Shown: positions 18,671 through 28,415 of the stretch, piece by piece
Layout of the letters: every line of letters starts with the position of its first letter
How positions within the stretch are numbered: position 1 is the first letter of the stretch
Assembly: GCA_965248195.1 (NCBI GenBank)
Contig: CBDFIQ010000002.1
Coordinates: 3,168,001 to 3,232,000 of the forward strand
Reading direction: 5' to 3'
Length of the DNA stretch: 64,000 nt
From: Longimicrobiales bacterium
Lineage (GTDB): Bacteria > Gemmatimonadota > Gemmatimonadetes > Longimicrobiales > Gaopeijiaceae
Translations under genes and position numbers: made by a program
The notes under the pieces: model-generated
Told to the model about the DNA's origin: nothing
Seen by the model: the letters and a program-made list of their open reading frames with translations, nothing else
The model's database searches: none

Positions 18671-19502
18671 CGACGTGGTCGATCTGCACGATTCCGAGAA
18701 CCGTCCTGACGCGCTTCACGCGCGGTTCGACGCCCGTGTCTTCACGTCTGATGAGCGAGCGGTCCTGAGCGCTTCGGCTTCCGTGCACCAGCTCCGGTGG
18801 ACCTTTTGGGCCGCCAAAGAGAGCGCATACAAGGTCGCCAAGAAGCTCGATCCCGCGGTCCGGTTTCTGCCGAGGGACTTTGTGGTTCGGCGGGTCGCCG
18901 AGGGCCGAGCGGTAGTCATGCACGAGACCGGTCCTTTCGACGTTCAGCTGGATCGAACGGACGAGTGGGTACGGGCGGTCGCGACCGTCTCTGGCGCGGG
19001 TGCCCCCTCGACCCATCGTGCCGTCAGTGGCGGAGTTGCGCGCCTGGAGGTGCCCGGTGCCGATCCGAGCCGGACCGTGAGGGAGTTGGTGTGTGAAGCT
19101 CTCGTCGCGTGGATGAAGCTTCCGCCTGGGCAGGTCCAGATCGCCGCCGAAATGGGAATCCCGGTTGCTCTCTGGCGAAACCGGAGGCTGCCCGTTGATC
19201 TATCCCTCTCCCATCACGGTCGCTTCGTGGCGTGGGCTTGGGCCGGCCACTTGAAGCGCTCCTCAAGGGTACCCAAGCCCACCGGTTCTCCGATGATCGT
19301 GAGCCGGTCACCGCGTTCGAGCACGGTAGCTCCTCTCGGGATCACCACCTCGGGTCCGCGACGAACCAGGGCGATCAGCGTACCTTCGGGCAAGGGGATT
19401 TCCTTGAGCGCCCGACCGATGAGGGACGCCGAGGGTGTGTCGGGCTCGAGGGTCAGCGCCAGCAGCCGGTCGTCCCGAAGTATGGCCTCCTTGAGCTCCT
19501 GA
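18657..19502 (+). CDS. 4'-phosphopantetheinyl transferase, C-terminus reads through into the convergent gene
   Basis: TTG start after GGAGGAGG, with VGNDVVD, WAAKESAYK and LSLSHHG motifs. Homology appears to end at ~19245. Confidence 0.8.
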   Translation: MLVGNDVVDLHDSENRPDALHARFDARVFTSDERAVLSASASVHQLRWTFWAAKESAYKVAKKLDPAVRFLPRDFVVRRVAEGRAVVMHETGPFDVQLDRTDEWVRAVATVSGAGAPSTHRAVSGGVARLEVPGADPSRTVRELVCEALVAWMKLPPGQVQIAAEMGIPVALWRNRRLPVDLSLSHHGRFVAWAWAGHLKRSSRVPKPTGSPMIVSRSPRSSTVAPLGITTSGPRRTRAISVPSGKGISLSARPMRDAEGVSGSRVSASSRSSRSMASLSS

Positions 19503-21343
19503 TGATTGGAGGCCGAGAGCCAAGCCTGCATGAAGCCTTCCTTGTCGACCCGCCCGGCGATTTGGGCCAAGAGTCGTAGGTGTTGGCCGGGATCGTCCAG
19601 CGGGCTCATCAGAAAAAATACGGCCTGCACCGGCTCGGATCGACCGCCCCGGGCTTCTGCGAGATCTACATCCATCTCCATTCCGCCTGGACAGCGGACG
19701 AGCACCATGCGGGCGGATTCGATGTCGGGTCGGCGTAGGTGTGGGAGCGCGACGCCGTGAGAGACGGGTGTCATGCCCACGAGGGTGCCCTCCAGAAAGT
19801 CCTCTGCGAGTTCCTTGGCGGAGATATCGCAAGCCTCTGAAAGGTGGGCCGACGCCTCCCATATCACGCTTCGAAATCCGGTGCCGTGGGTTGTGTCGAT
19901 AATGGAAGCCCCCGTCACGACTTCCTCGAAGGGATCCGCGTCACGGAGACCCTTTTCCTTCATGATTTGCCGCAACTCCCGATCGAGGCCCTCGTCCCGC
20001 TGTCGTCCCAGCCGCTCGAAGACATGGTAGATGGCGCCCTCGCGGTCCACGCGTTCCCGTGCGTAGTAGTTGTACCACATGGCCCCGAAGGTGATGAGCC
20101 CACCGGTGAAGAGACTCGGGAGGACTCCCATCTCAACGATGAGCCAGAAGGGTGCCAGCACTCCCAGGATGTGTAGCCAGGGGTAGAAGGGAGAACGAAA
20201 GCGGGGATCATACGACTCGATTCGGCTCTCCCTCATCACGATAACGGCCAGGCAACTCAGGCCGAACATCATCAATTGGAACGCACCCGCCAGCTTCGCG
20301 ACCCTGCTGGCGTCGAACAACAGAACGAACATCAGGATCAGGCCTACCGTGGCGTAGATCGCGTAGACCGGGGAGCCGCGGGCGTAGATTTTGGAGAAAA
20401 ACTTGGGCAGTACGTTGTCCCGGCTCATCGCCAGCGGGTAGCGCGATGCGGCGAGGATTCCGGCGTTTGCGACCGACGAGAAAGCGAGCACGGCCGCGGC
20501 GGTCATCAGGATCGCCCCCCAAGGGCCCACGAGTACGTTTGCTACGGTGGCCACCGGCGTCAGATCTCCGCCGTCCCGGGCAAGGACATCCGCCGAGACG
20601 ACACCCACCATGACCGCTGTGCCTACCGTGTAGACCAGCATGGCGGTCCCGAAGGCCAGGAACATCCCGAGCGGGATGTTACGCTCGGGGTTCCGGACCT
20701 CCTCGGCGACGCTGGCCACCTGCGTGAGGCCCATGTAGCTGACCACGACCAAGCCCGCCGTCGATACGAGTGCCCCGGGGGCCTGCCCGAAGATGCCGCC
20801 GAGATTGGCCAGCTCAATGTCCCTCAGCCCGACGCCCGTGAACCACACGAGAAGCGTCAAGAGCCCTACGACCATCACGGACTGGAAGGACGTGGACTTT
20901 TTCGCTCCCAGGATGTTGAGGGCGCCGAAGACGATCGCGAACCCAGCAGCGATCGCAACGTAATTCACGTTCGGGAGAAATAGTCGCAGATAGGCTCCGA
21001 TTCCGATCAGCGCAAACGCCGATTTCAGGCTCAATGCGACCCAGGTGCCGAATCCTCCGACCGTCCCCATCAACGGTCCCATGCTTCGATCGAGGAAGTA
21101 GTACACACCGCCGGCTCGGGGCATGGCGGTGGCCAACTCGGCCATGCTGAGTAGACCCGGAGTGATGAGTAGCCCCGCCACTAGGTACGCCAGCGGGAGG
21201 CCCGCGCCGACTTCGACCGCTGCCAAACCCGGAAGCAAGAAGAACCCGGCGCTCAGCGTCACCCCGGTGGCGATCGCATAAACGTCGAACAGGCCCAGTT
21301 CTTTCTTGAGTTTCTGCTTCTTCATCGGCGCCAAAAGCTCCAA
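19214..21343 (-). CDS. APC-family amino acid permease fused to PTS EIIA-like and TrkA-C/RCK-C domains
   Basis: LKKELGLFD start, ~12 TM segments, VAEEVRNPERN, GVALPH (EIIA His) and VIPRGATVLERGDRLTIIG. Confidence 0.85.
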   Translation of the reverse strand: MELLAPMKKQKLKKELGLFDVYAIATGVTLSAGFFLLPGLAAVEVGAGLPLAYLVAGLLITPGLLSMAELATAMPRAGGVYYFLDRSMGPLMGTVGGFGTWVALSLKSAFALIGIGAYLRLFLPNVNYVAIAAGFAIVFGALNILGAKKSTSFQSVMVVGLLTLLVWFTGVGLRDIELANLGGIFGQAPGALVSTAGLVVVSYMGLTQVASVAEEVRNPERNIPLGMFLAFGTAMLVYTVGTAVMVGVVSADVLARDGGDLTPVATVANVLVGPWGAILMTAAAVLAFSSVANAGILAASRYPLAMSRDNVLPKFFSKIYARGSPVYAIYATVGLILMFVLLFDASRVAKLAGAFQLMMFGLSCLAVIVMRESRIESYDPRFRSPFYPWLHILGVLAPFWLIVEMGVLPSLFTGGLITFGAMWYNYYARERVDREGAIYHVFERLGRQRDEGLDRELRQIMKEKGLRDADPFEEVVTGASIIDTTHGTGFRSVIWEASAHLSEACDISAKELAEDFLEGTLVGMTPVSHGVALPHLRRPDIESARMVLVRCPGGMEMDVDLAEARGGRSEPVQAVFFLMSPLDDPGQHLRLLAQIAGRVDKEGFMQAWLSASNHQELKEAILRDDRLLALTLEPDTPSASLIGRALKEIPLPEGTLIALVRRGPEVVIPRGATVLERGDRLTIIGEPVGLGTLEERFKWPAQAHATKRP

Positions 21344-21351
21344 TGTCCGCC

Positions 21352-21656
21352 AGAGGCCTGTTGAAGGAGTACAGTGGGCCGCGTTGCGGATGCCACGGTC
21401 CTAGCTCCTAGGCGGAGCGACGACGCCATAGCCGTAGCTATGGCTAGGAGCTCCAACAACGGAGATGGGGCCGTGCCACCGCAACCCTTCAACGTGTAAG
21501 ATCATGCCATGCACGTCCGTGGGCACAGGGCGGTTGTGCGGTTGATCCTGCGTCTCTCCTCCTCGGAGTAGCTCTGCTACGCCTCGTCGTCGTTCCTTGT
21601 CTGAACGCGCACAAGCGCCCTGTGCGCGACCCGCTGTACTCCTTCAACAGGCCTCT
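21352..21656. mobile_element. MITE-like element, 305 bp, perfect 23-bp terminal inverted repeats
   Basis: agaggcctgttgaaggagtacag (21352-21374) and ctgtactccttcaacaggcctct (21634-21656). Internal hairpins, no credible ORF. Confidence 0.75.
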
Positions 21657-21815
21657 ATAACCGCACATACGTTCCGAACTCCGCGACGCGCTAGGGGGAA
21701 TCCCGAAGTAGACCGTGGCCTGATGAGAATTCCGAGCCATGACGCCGAAGAGCCGCTGCCGCCATCCCGCCATTCCACCCTTGGGTGCGCGACGAGAGTT
21801 TCGCACGATGGCTTC
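21655..21815 (-). pseudogene. kup: Kup potassium transporter C-terminal remnant (frameshifted)
   Basis: ETLVA / GMAGWRQRLFGVMARNSHQATVYFGIP / RVAEFGTYVRL* read across two frameshifts and resemble the Kup C-terminus. Confidence 0.7.
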
Positions 21816-22107
21816 GTCGAGAACTCATCAGGACCCCAGGTTACCGACTCGTACTCCGAGTGGGAAGGGACCCAACGCCCCGGGAAGGCGAAGGAGCGTC
21901 AAATCCGCTACATTGTCCCCCTATGCAGTTGTCCGTTGCCGGGATCCACCACGGTGCGGCACTCCTCGTACTTTGGCTCCATGTGGCTCGGATCATCACC
22001 GGCATCACCCGTAACGAGCCTGAGTCTGTGCGGGATCGTATTCGCGCTTTCTCAACCTTGAGAGTGGCCCGCTAAGGCCCCTCGCCATCACCCAAAGAGA
22101 TTCCTCA

Positions 22108-23364
22108 GTGGCAAAGAAAAAGACAACATTCCGCGACGTGCAGTACATGGGAGTCGCTCAGGCGATGGTCGACGCTTCGGAGTTCGGCTACAGGAGTGGA
22201 CGGCCCGATTGGTGTAACCTCGGCCAGGGGCAGCCTGACGTCGGCCGAATCGAGGGTGCCCCCAACCGGCTCACCTGGATTACGCTCGAGCCCCATGACC
22301 ATTCCTACGGACCGGAGGGTGGCATCGAAGAGCTCCGCGAGGCGGTGGCGGACCACTATAATCGCCTCTATCGCGTGGGCGAGGATTCGAGGTATAAGAA
22401 GGAAAACGTCTCCATCGCCTCGGGCGGCCGTTCCATGCTTTCGAGGATTTTCACCACGTTCGATTCGATTTCAATGGGGTATAAGTTCCCGGACTCTTCC
22501 GCATACCACAACTTGTTCGGCCACCATCTCCATCGGGTCAAGCCCCTACCTGTGCCGACCGGCGCGGATGAGTCGTTCCACCTCGACCCGGCGCGGCTAC
22601 GCAAGGTCATCGCCGCCAAGAAGCTTCGGGCCTTTCTGATTGGCAATCCGTGCAATCCGACGGGTGACCTCATTCGTGACACCAACCTGAAGGCATACCT
22701 GACGGCCGCTCGCAAGCACAGGTGTATGCTTGTCATGGACGAGTCCTACTCGCACTTCATTTACGGGGAGGACGGTGCGCCCGCGGAGGGGCCGGTATCG
22801 GCAGCCGCCTACGTGCGGAACGTGGAGAAAGATCCGGTCCTGATCGTCGACGGCCTGAGCAAGAACTTCCGGTACCCGGGGTGGCGGCTGAGTTGGGCGG
22901 TTGGACCGTCGAGTGTGATTCAGAACCTTGAACGGGCTGCCACCGGATTCGATGGTGGACCGAGCCTGCCGGCGCAGCGGTTGGCGATCAAGGCGTTGGA
23001 TCCCGAGCGGGCGGAGGAGGAGACGACCGCGGTTCGGCGTTTATTCGCGAGAAAGCGGAACGTAATGCTGGAAGGGCTCGAGTCCCTCGGAATTCGTTGC
23101 GAGCATCCGCCCCGGGGCACGTTCTACGTGTGGGCTGACCTCAGTGGTCTGCCTAAGCCTCTGAATGATGCTGAGGCGTTCTTCAAGGCCGGCCTGGAGC
23201 GTAAGGTGGTCACCCTTCCAGGACGGTTCTTCGACGTGAATCCGGGCGGGACGCACCCACCGATGAAGGAGCTCAAGAAGTGGGTCCGTTTCTCGTTCGG
23301 TCCCTCCGAGGACAAGATCACCACCGGGCTGGAGCGCCTTGGGGAGATGATCGAGGGCGGCTGA
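22108..23364 (+). CDS. PLP-dependent aminotransferase class I/II
   Basis: NLGQGQP, NPCNPTG, DESY, GLSKNFRYPGWRL and RFSFG motifs. Confidence 0.9.
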   Translation: MAKKKTTFRDVQYMGVAQAMVDASEFGYRSGRPDWCNLGQGQPDVGRIEGAPNRLTWITLEPHDHSYGPEGGIEELREAVADHYNRLYRVGEDSRYKKENVSIASGGRSMLSRIFTTFDSISMGYKFPDSSAYHNLFGHHLHRVKPLPVPTGADESFHLDPARLRKVIAAKKLRAFLIGNPCNPTGDLIRDTNLKAYLTAARKHRCMLVMDESYSHFIYGEDGAPAEGPVSAAAYVRNVEKDPVLIVDGLSKNFRYPGWRLSWAVGPSSVIQNLERAATGFDGGPSLPAQRLAIKALDPERAEEETTAVRRLFARKRNVMLEGLESLGIRCEHPPRGTFYVWADLSGLPKPLNDAEAFFKAGLERKVVTLPGRFFDVNPGGTHPPMKELKKWVRFSFGPSEDKITTGLERLGEMIEGG

Positions 23365-23398
23365 GTCCGCGGCGGTCGGGCATTCGAATCGGAGGGAC

Positions 23399-24421
23399 AT
23401 GTCTCCCAAACGCAGTGCCGACTGGCGGGATCGGGCCGCTTCGGAGCTGATGTGCGGGGTCTTGGGCCGGGCCGGGATTCACGGGAACGTGCTCGTTATG
23501 CTGGAGCCCGGTCCGGAGGTCGCCACTGCGGTGAGAGAGGCTGGAGGCCAGGTTCGATCGTGGCACCGGTTCGCGCGAGAAGGCAGAGGCGCCTCTGCGT
23601 GGATTCCGGCGGGTCCGTTCGGCGCGGCCACCCTGCGACTCCCCAAGGCAAAGGACGAGTTGGACATGGCCGTTCATGCGGCAGCGTCCGTCCTAGAGGT
23701 CGGCGCGCCCCTCTGGGTGTACGGAGCCAACGACGAGGGTGCTGGATCGGCCGGCCGGGTCATCGAACCTCTCATGGGTCCGGTCAGGACCGTGGGGTCC
23801 GGTGGCCGGTGTCGCGTTCTCGAGGCGGTTCGGCGGAAGGATGGCACGAGTCCGCGAGGGACTCTTGACGACTGGCGCCGGTCTACGCCCTTGGAGTTTC
23901 CGGGTGGACCGCGGGAATGGATATCCTACCCCGGCATTTTCGCCCACGGCCGCCTAGACCCGGGAACCCGTGCGCTGCTCGAGGCGATGCGGACGTTTCC
24001 GCTGGCAGGACGACGCGTCCTCGATTTCGCGTGCGGCTCGGGCGTGGTTGGAGCCTTCTTATCGGCATTGGAGCCCACGGCTCGTGTGGACCTTCTCGAT
24101 GTCGATACGGTGGCCCTGGCGGCGGCAGGTGAAAACGTGTCCGGTGCTCGTCTGATATCGTCGGACGGGTTCGACGCGCTGGTGCGCGAGCGCTACGACC
24201 TGATCGTCAGCAACCCTCCGTATCACGAGGGAAAGGCACAGAGCGGTAAAGTGGTCGAACGTCTCATTCGTGGGGCGCCGGGCCATCTCGTAACTGGCGG
24301 GTCGCTAATGCTAGTCACGCAACGCCGTTTTCCCCTGGCTGCCTTGATGAAGTCGACCTTCAAGACGGTTGATGTGTCGCTCGATGCCGGTCCCCACCGT
24401 GTTTGGTTCGCCAAGAAATAG
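23399..24421 (+). CDS. Class I SAM methyltransferase, RsmC-like
   Basis: LRLPKAK, PGIFAHGRLDPGT, VLDFACGSG and IVSNPPYH. Confidence 0.8.
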   Translation: MSPKRSADWRDRAASELMCGVLGRAGIHGNVLVMLEPGPEVATAVREAGGQVRSWHRFAREGRGASAWIPAGPFGAATLRLPKAKDELDMAVHAAASVLEVGAPLWVYGANDEGAGSAGRVIEPLMGPVRTVGSGGRCRVLEAVRRKDGTSPRGTLDDWRRSTPLEFPGGPREWISYPGIFAHGRLDPGTRALLEAMRTFPLAGRRVLDFACGSGVVGAFLSALEPTARVDLLDVDTVALAAAGENVSGARLISSDGFDALVRERYDLIVSNPPYHEGKAQSGKVVERLIRGAPGHLVTGGSLMLVTQRRFPLAALMKSTFKTVDVSLDAGPHRVWFAKK

Positions 24422-24783
24422 CCTAAAGAGACCCGCCCTAGGTGTCGAAATTATACTGACGCTCGCGCTCGAAAGGGTGCAATATTTCATCGTCTGCCTA
24501 CGGGTAGCTGAGGGCTCGTTTCTTACACTCGAAAACGTTGGAACTCAACGAACCGAGCATGAGTTACATACGTCTTGATTGAATGGGCCGGAAGGGTGAC
24601 CATTCAACTGCGGAGAGACCGGAAGCGTGCCTGTTTTTCGTGGCTCACCATGACCGAGTGATGCATGTCTTGTCCAACAGTTTGAATCAGGCTTCTGACT
24701 AAGAAATCTCTGCCCTTGCGCAAAACGGACCGGTAGCCCAATCATGGTCGCGCAAATTCCGTGAATCAGCCGCTGGAGCGGTT

Positions 24784-26607
24784 TTGAATATGCAGCCCAC
24801 CGACACCTCTCACCCCGATTACTACCACAAGGTCGTAGACTGCCAATGGGGGTGCCCGGCCCACACCCCGGTCCCTGAGTACATCCGATTGATCGGCCAG
24901 GGACGCTTCACAGAATCGTACATGCTGAACCGGGAGTCGAATGTTTTTCCGGGTGTTCTTGGAAGAACATGTGACCGCCCCTGTGAGCCGGTATGCCGGC
25001 GTGTCCGCGTCGAGGGCGAGCCCGTCGCAATATGCAGGCTCAAGCGCGTGGCCTCGGATCTGAGGGGCGATGTTGCAGACCTGCTCCCGAAGGTGCCGGA
25101 GGAAAAAAACGGCAAGCGTGTCGCGCTGATCGGAGCCGGACCCGCTTCATTGACCGTTGCCAACGACCTGATGCCGCTGGGATACGAGTGCGTGCTGTTC
25201 GAGAAGATGGATCGGCCCGGGGGCCTGATGCGGACCAACATTCCGTCGTTCCGTCTCCCCGGCAGCGTGTTGGACGAAGAGATCGACATGATCCTCGACA
25301 TGGGCGTAGAGGTGCACTATAGCCACCCCATCGACAGCCTCGAGAAGCTTCTGAACGAGGACGGATTCGACGCTGTCTTCATCGGCACGGGTGCGCCCAA
25401 GGGCAAGGAGCTCCGCATCCCGGGGCGAGATGAGGGTGCCGCCAACATCCACATTGGAATCGATTGGTTGGAGTCCGTCCACTTCGAGCACACCGACTCC
25501 ATCGGGGAGCGGGTGCTGATCATCGGCGTCGGAAATACCGCGATGGACTGCTGTAGGACATCGAAGCGAATCGGAGGGAAGGACGTCCGCGTCATCGCCC
25601 GAAAGGGTCGTCCTTACTTCAAGGCCTCAGCGTGGGAGCTCGATGACGCTGAAGAGGAACTCATCCAGATCGTCGAAAACCATTCGCCGACCCGGTTCGT
25701 GATCGAGGACGGACGGCTGGTGGGCATGGAGTTCGACATCGTCGAGTGGGCGCCCGACGAGAACGGCCGGCTCGTCAGCACCAAGCTCGATTCGACGCTG
25801 ATCCCTTGTGACGATGTGATCTTGGCGATCGGGCAGGACAACGCCTTCCCGTGGATCGAGCGCGACATCGGCATCGAGTTCAACGAGTGGGACATGCCGA
25901 CCGTCGATCGCACCACCTTCCAGACCACGCGTGACGGCGTGTTTGTCGGCGGAGATGCTGCCTGGGGCCCCGAGAACATCATTTGGGCCGTGGAGCATGG
26001 CCATCAAGCGGCCATCTCCATTCACGGGTTCTGTGAAGGAGAATCGCTCACAGACCGGCCGCCCTACGGCATGAACCTCGTCTCACAGAAGATGGGGCTT
26101 CACTCATGGAGTTACGGAAGCAGCTACGATGAATCCGAGCGCTCCAAGATGAGCCATGTCGATCTGGTAGAGCGTTTCAAGGCTCTCGAGGTCGAGGTCG
26201 AGTTGGGCTTCGATGCTGAGCAGACGGCCGTCGAGGTGGCCCGCTGCCTCAACTGTGATATACAGACCGAATTCACGTCGAGTCTCTGCATCGAGTGTGA
26301 CGCGTGTATCGACGTATGCCCCGTCTATTGCCTGACGATGACCCAGAACGAGCCGGAGGAGGAGCTCAGGCTTAACCTCACCGCCCCCGCCGAAAACACC
26401 GAACAGGACCTCTACGTATCGAGCGCTCTTCCGCAAACCGCTCGCGTGATGGTCAAGGACGAGGACCTGTGCGTGCACTGTGGATTGTGCGCGGAGCGCT
26501 GCCCCACCGCCGCGTGGGACATGCAGAAGTTCGACTTGCTCATCCCTTACGCCGGAAAGCCGACGTGGATCAAGACTCCCGAGACCGCACTGACGACTTC
26601 GTCGTAA
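24784..26607 (+). CDS. GltD/SudA-like FAD/NAD(P)H oxidoreductase with C-terminal ferredoxin
   Basis: CQWGCPAH, GRTCDRPCEPVC, IGAGPA, CIECDACIDVCP and CVHCGLCAERCP. Confidence 0.88.
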   Translation: MNMQPTDTSHPDYYHKVVDCQWGCPAHTPVPEYIRLIGQGRFTESYMLNRESNVFPGVLGRTCDRPCEPVCRRVRVEGEPVAICRLKRVASDLRGDVADLLPKVPEEKNGKRVALIGAGPASLTVANDLMPLGYECVLFEKMDRPGGLMRTNIPSFRLPGSVLDEEIDMILDMGVEVHYSHPIDSLEKLLNEDGFDAVFIGTGAPKGKELRIPGRDEGAANIHIGIDWLESVHFEHTDSIGERVLIIGVGNTAMDCCRTSKRIGGKDVRVIARKGRPYFKASAWELDDAEEELIQIVENHSPTRFVIEDGRLVGMEFDIVEWAPDENGRLVSTKLDSTLIPCDDVILAIGQDNAFPWIERDIGIEFNEWDMPTVDRTTFQTTRDGVFVGGDAAWGPENIIWAVEHGHQAAISIHGFCEGESLTDRPPYGMNLVSQKMGLHSWSYGSSYDESERSKMSHVDLVERFKALEVEVELGFDAEQTAVEVARCLNCDIQTEFTSSLCIECDACIDVCPVYCLTMTQNEPEEELRLNLTAPAENTEQDLYVSSALPQTARVMVKDEDLCVHCGLCAERCPTAAWDMQKFDLLIPYAGKPTWIKTPETALTTSS

Positions 26608-28406
26608 TTAACGACTTCGTCATAAAAGTCGCCACGGTCAACGGTACCGGCTCCGCCAGTGCGAACGGCATGCTCATGCAGGCCATCTTTCGCATGGGCG
26701 TGCCGGTCTCCGGAAAGAACGTGTTCCCCTCCAACATCCAAGGGCTACCGACTTGGTATGAAATCCGGGTGAACAAACACGGCCATGTGGCCCGTAGCCC
26801 GAACGTCGACCTGATGGTGGCGATGAACCCCAAGACGTACGAGCAGGATATTGCCGAGGTCCGCCCCGGGGCCGCTGTCCTCTACGATTCGAGTTGGCCC
26901 CTCGACGAGGAACTCCGACGCGCCGACGTGATGTTCCTGGGTATTCCTCTGTCGCACATGTGTGTGGAGAACTTCAAAGGTGCCCGCGAGCGCATCCTGA
27001 TGAAGAACATCGCATACGTGGGTGCCATGGCCGCACTTCTGTCCATCGATCTCGGGGTGATTGAAGAAATGCTGGGGGAGAAATTCAGCGCCAAACCGCA
27101 TTTGATGGACTCGAACAACATGGCCATCCGTCTGGGCTACGACTACGCGATGGAGCATTTCGACGGCCTGCTCCGGGTCCGGCTGGAGGCGATGGACGCG
27201 AATCGAGACTCCGTGTTGATGACCGGGAACATGGCCGCGGCTCTGGGCTGCGTGTACGCCGGTGCGACTGTGGCAGCGTGGTATCCGATCACGCCGGCGA
27301 CGTCCCTCATGGACTCGTTCCGGGGCTTCTGCGCGAGGCTCCGCAAGGATCCGGAGACCGGCAAGAACCTGTACTGCATCATCCAGGCGGAGGACGAACT
27401 CGCGGCGATCGGTATGGTGCTGGGCGCCGGCTGGATGGGTGCTCGTGCGTTTACGCCCACGAGCGGAGCCGGGCTCTCCTTGATGAACGAATTCCTCGGC
27501 CTGGCTTATTACGCCGAGATACCGGCCGTCATCTTCGACGTACAACGTGCGGGGCCCTCTACGGGCATGCCCACCCGCACCCAACAGGGGGACTTCTTCT
27601 CCCTCGCGTTCGCGTCCCACGGCGACACCAAACATGTCCTTCTGTTCCCGGGAGATCCGAGTGAGTGTTTCTACTTTGCCGTTGAGGCCTTCGACCTGGC
27701 CGAGCGGTTCCAGACGCCGGTGTTCGTAGTCTCCGATCTCGACATCGGCATGAACGACTGGGTGTGCAAGAAGCTCGAGTGGAATGATGCCTACGTGCCG
27801 GACCGTGGAAAGGTTCTTTCCGCGGAGGATCTTCAGGAGATGGATGTATTTTATCGGTACCTCGACGCCGACGGCGATGGTATCACAGCTCGGTCTCTGC
27901 CGGGTGTCGATCCCAAAGGGGCGTACTTCACCAGGGGCTCGGGGCACGACCGGTTCGGTCGCTACACCGAAGACGGAGATCTCTACCAGGACGTTGTCGA
28001 CCGGATCGCGAGGAAGATCGAGGGGGCAGCGGAGGCTCTGCCCGCTCCGGAGGTCCGCCTGGTCGAGGAAGCGACCGTCGGGCTCGTCACGGTGGGTGGT
28101 TGCCGGGGGGCCGTCCTGGAGGCGCTCGAGCTTCTAGCGGAGGAAGGGATCGCCCTCGATTTCTTGCGCGTAACGGGCTTCCCGTTCTCGACCGCCGTCG
28201 AGGAGTTCCTCCTTGCCCACGACATCAACATCGTTGTGGAGCAGAACCGCGACGGTCAACTCAGGAGGCTGCTCGTGCTGGAGACGGCCGTTCCGAAGAG
28301 CAGGCTCGCCTCCGTTCTGGACTACAAGGGGGCGCCCCTCAGCGCCGAGACGGTGGCCCGGGGTGTTCGGGATCGGTTGGGGCTCGTCCCCGTGGAAGCA
28401 GGGTAA
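26565..28406 (+). CDS. 2-oxoacid:ferredoxin oxidoreductase alpha (gamma-alpha fusion) subunit
   Basis: TVNGTGS, YPITPATS, QAEDELAA and QRAGPSTGMPT. The start codon is approximate. Confidence 0.9.
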   Translation: MDQDSRDRTDDFVVINDFVIKVATVNGTGSASANGMLMQAIFRMGVPVSGKNVFPSNIQGLPTWYEIRVNKHGHVARSPNVDLMVAMNPKTYEQDIAEVRPGAAVLYDSSWPLDEELRRADVMFLGIPLSHMCVENFKGARERILMKNIAYVGAMAALLSIDLGVIEEMLGEKFSAKPHLMDSNNMAIRLGYDYAMEHFDGLLRVRLEAMDANRDSVLMTGNMAAALGCVYAGATVAAWYPITPATSLMDSFRGFCARLRKDPETGKNLYCIIQAEDELAAIGMVLGAGWMGARAFTPTSGAGLSLMNEFLGLAYYAEIPAVIFDVQRAGPSTGMPTRTQQGDFFSLAFASHGDTKHVLLFPGDPSECFYFAVEAFDLAERFQTPVFVVSDLDIGMNDWVCKKLEWNDAYVPDRGKVLSAEDLQEMDVFYRYLDADGDGITARSLPGVDPKGAYFTRGSGHDRFGRYTEDGDLYQDVVDRIARKIEGAAEALPAPEVRLVEEATVGLVTVGGCRGAVLEALELLAEEGIALDFLRVTGFPFSTAVEEFLLAHDINIVVEQNRDGQLRRLLVLETAVPKSRLASVLDYKGAPLSAETVARGVRDRLGLVPVEAG

Positions 28407-28415
28407 AAGGGTTCA

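Noticed and set aside
13314..19260. Calling the FAS cluster aryl-polyene or ladderane biosynthesis
   Set aside because: There is no chain-length factor, FabG, adenylation enzyme, methyltransferase or radical SAM gene in the cluster.
24476..24492. Rex-like palindrome ggtgcaatatttcatc upstream of the oxidoreductase operon
   Set aside because: Only partly palindromic and ~300 bp from the start, too weak to call.
12981..27947. Long antisense ORFs (e.g. 12981-14102, 16648-17667, 17588-18583, 26745-27947)
   Set aside because: Shadow ORFs of well-supported genes in GC-rich DNA, with no recognisable motifs.
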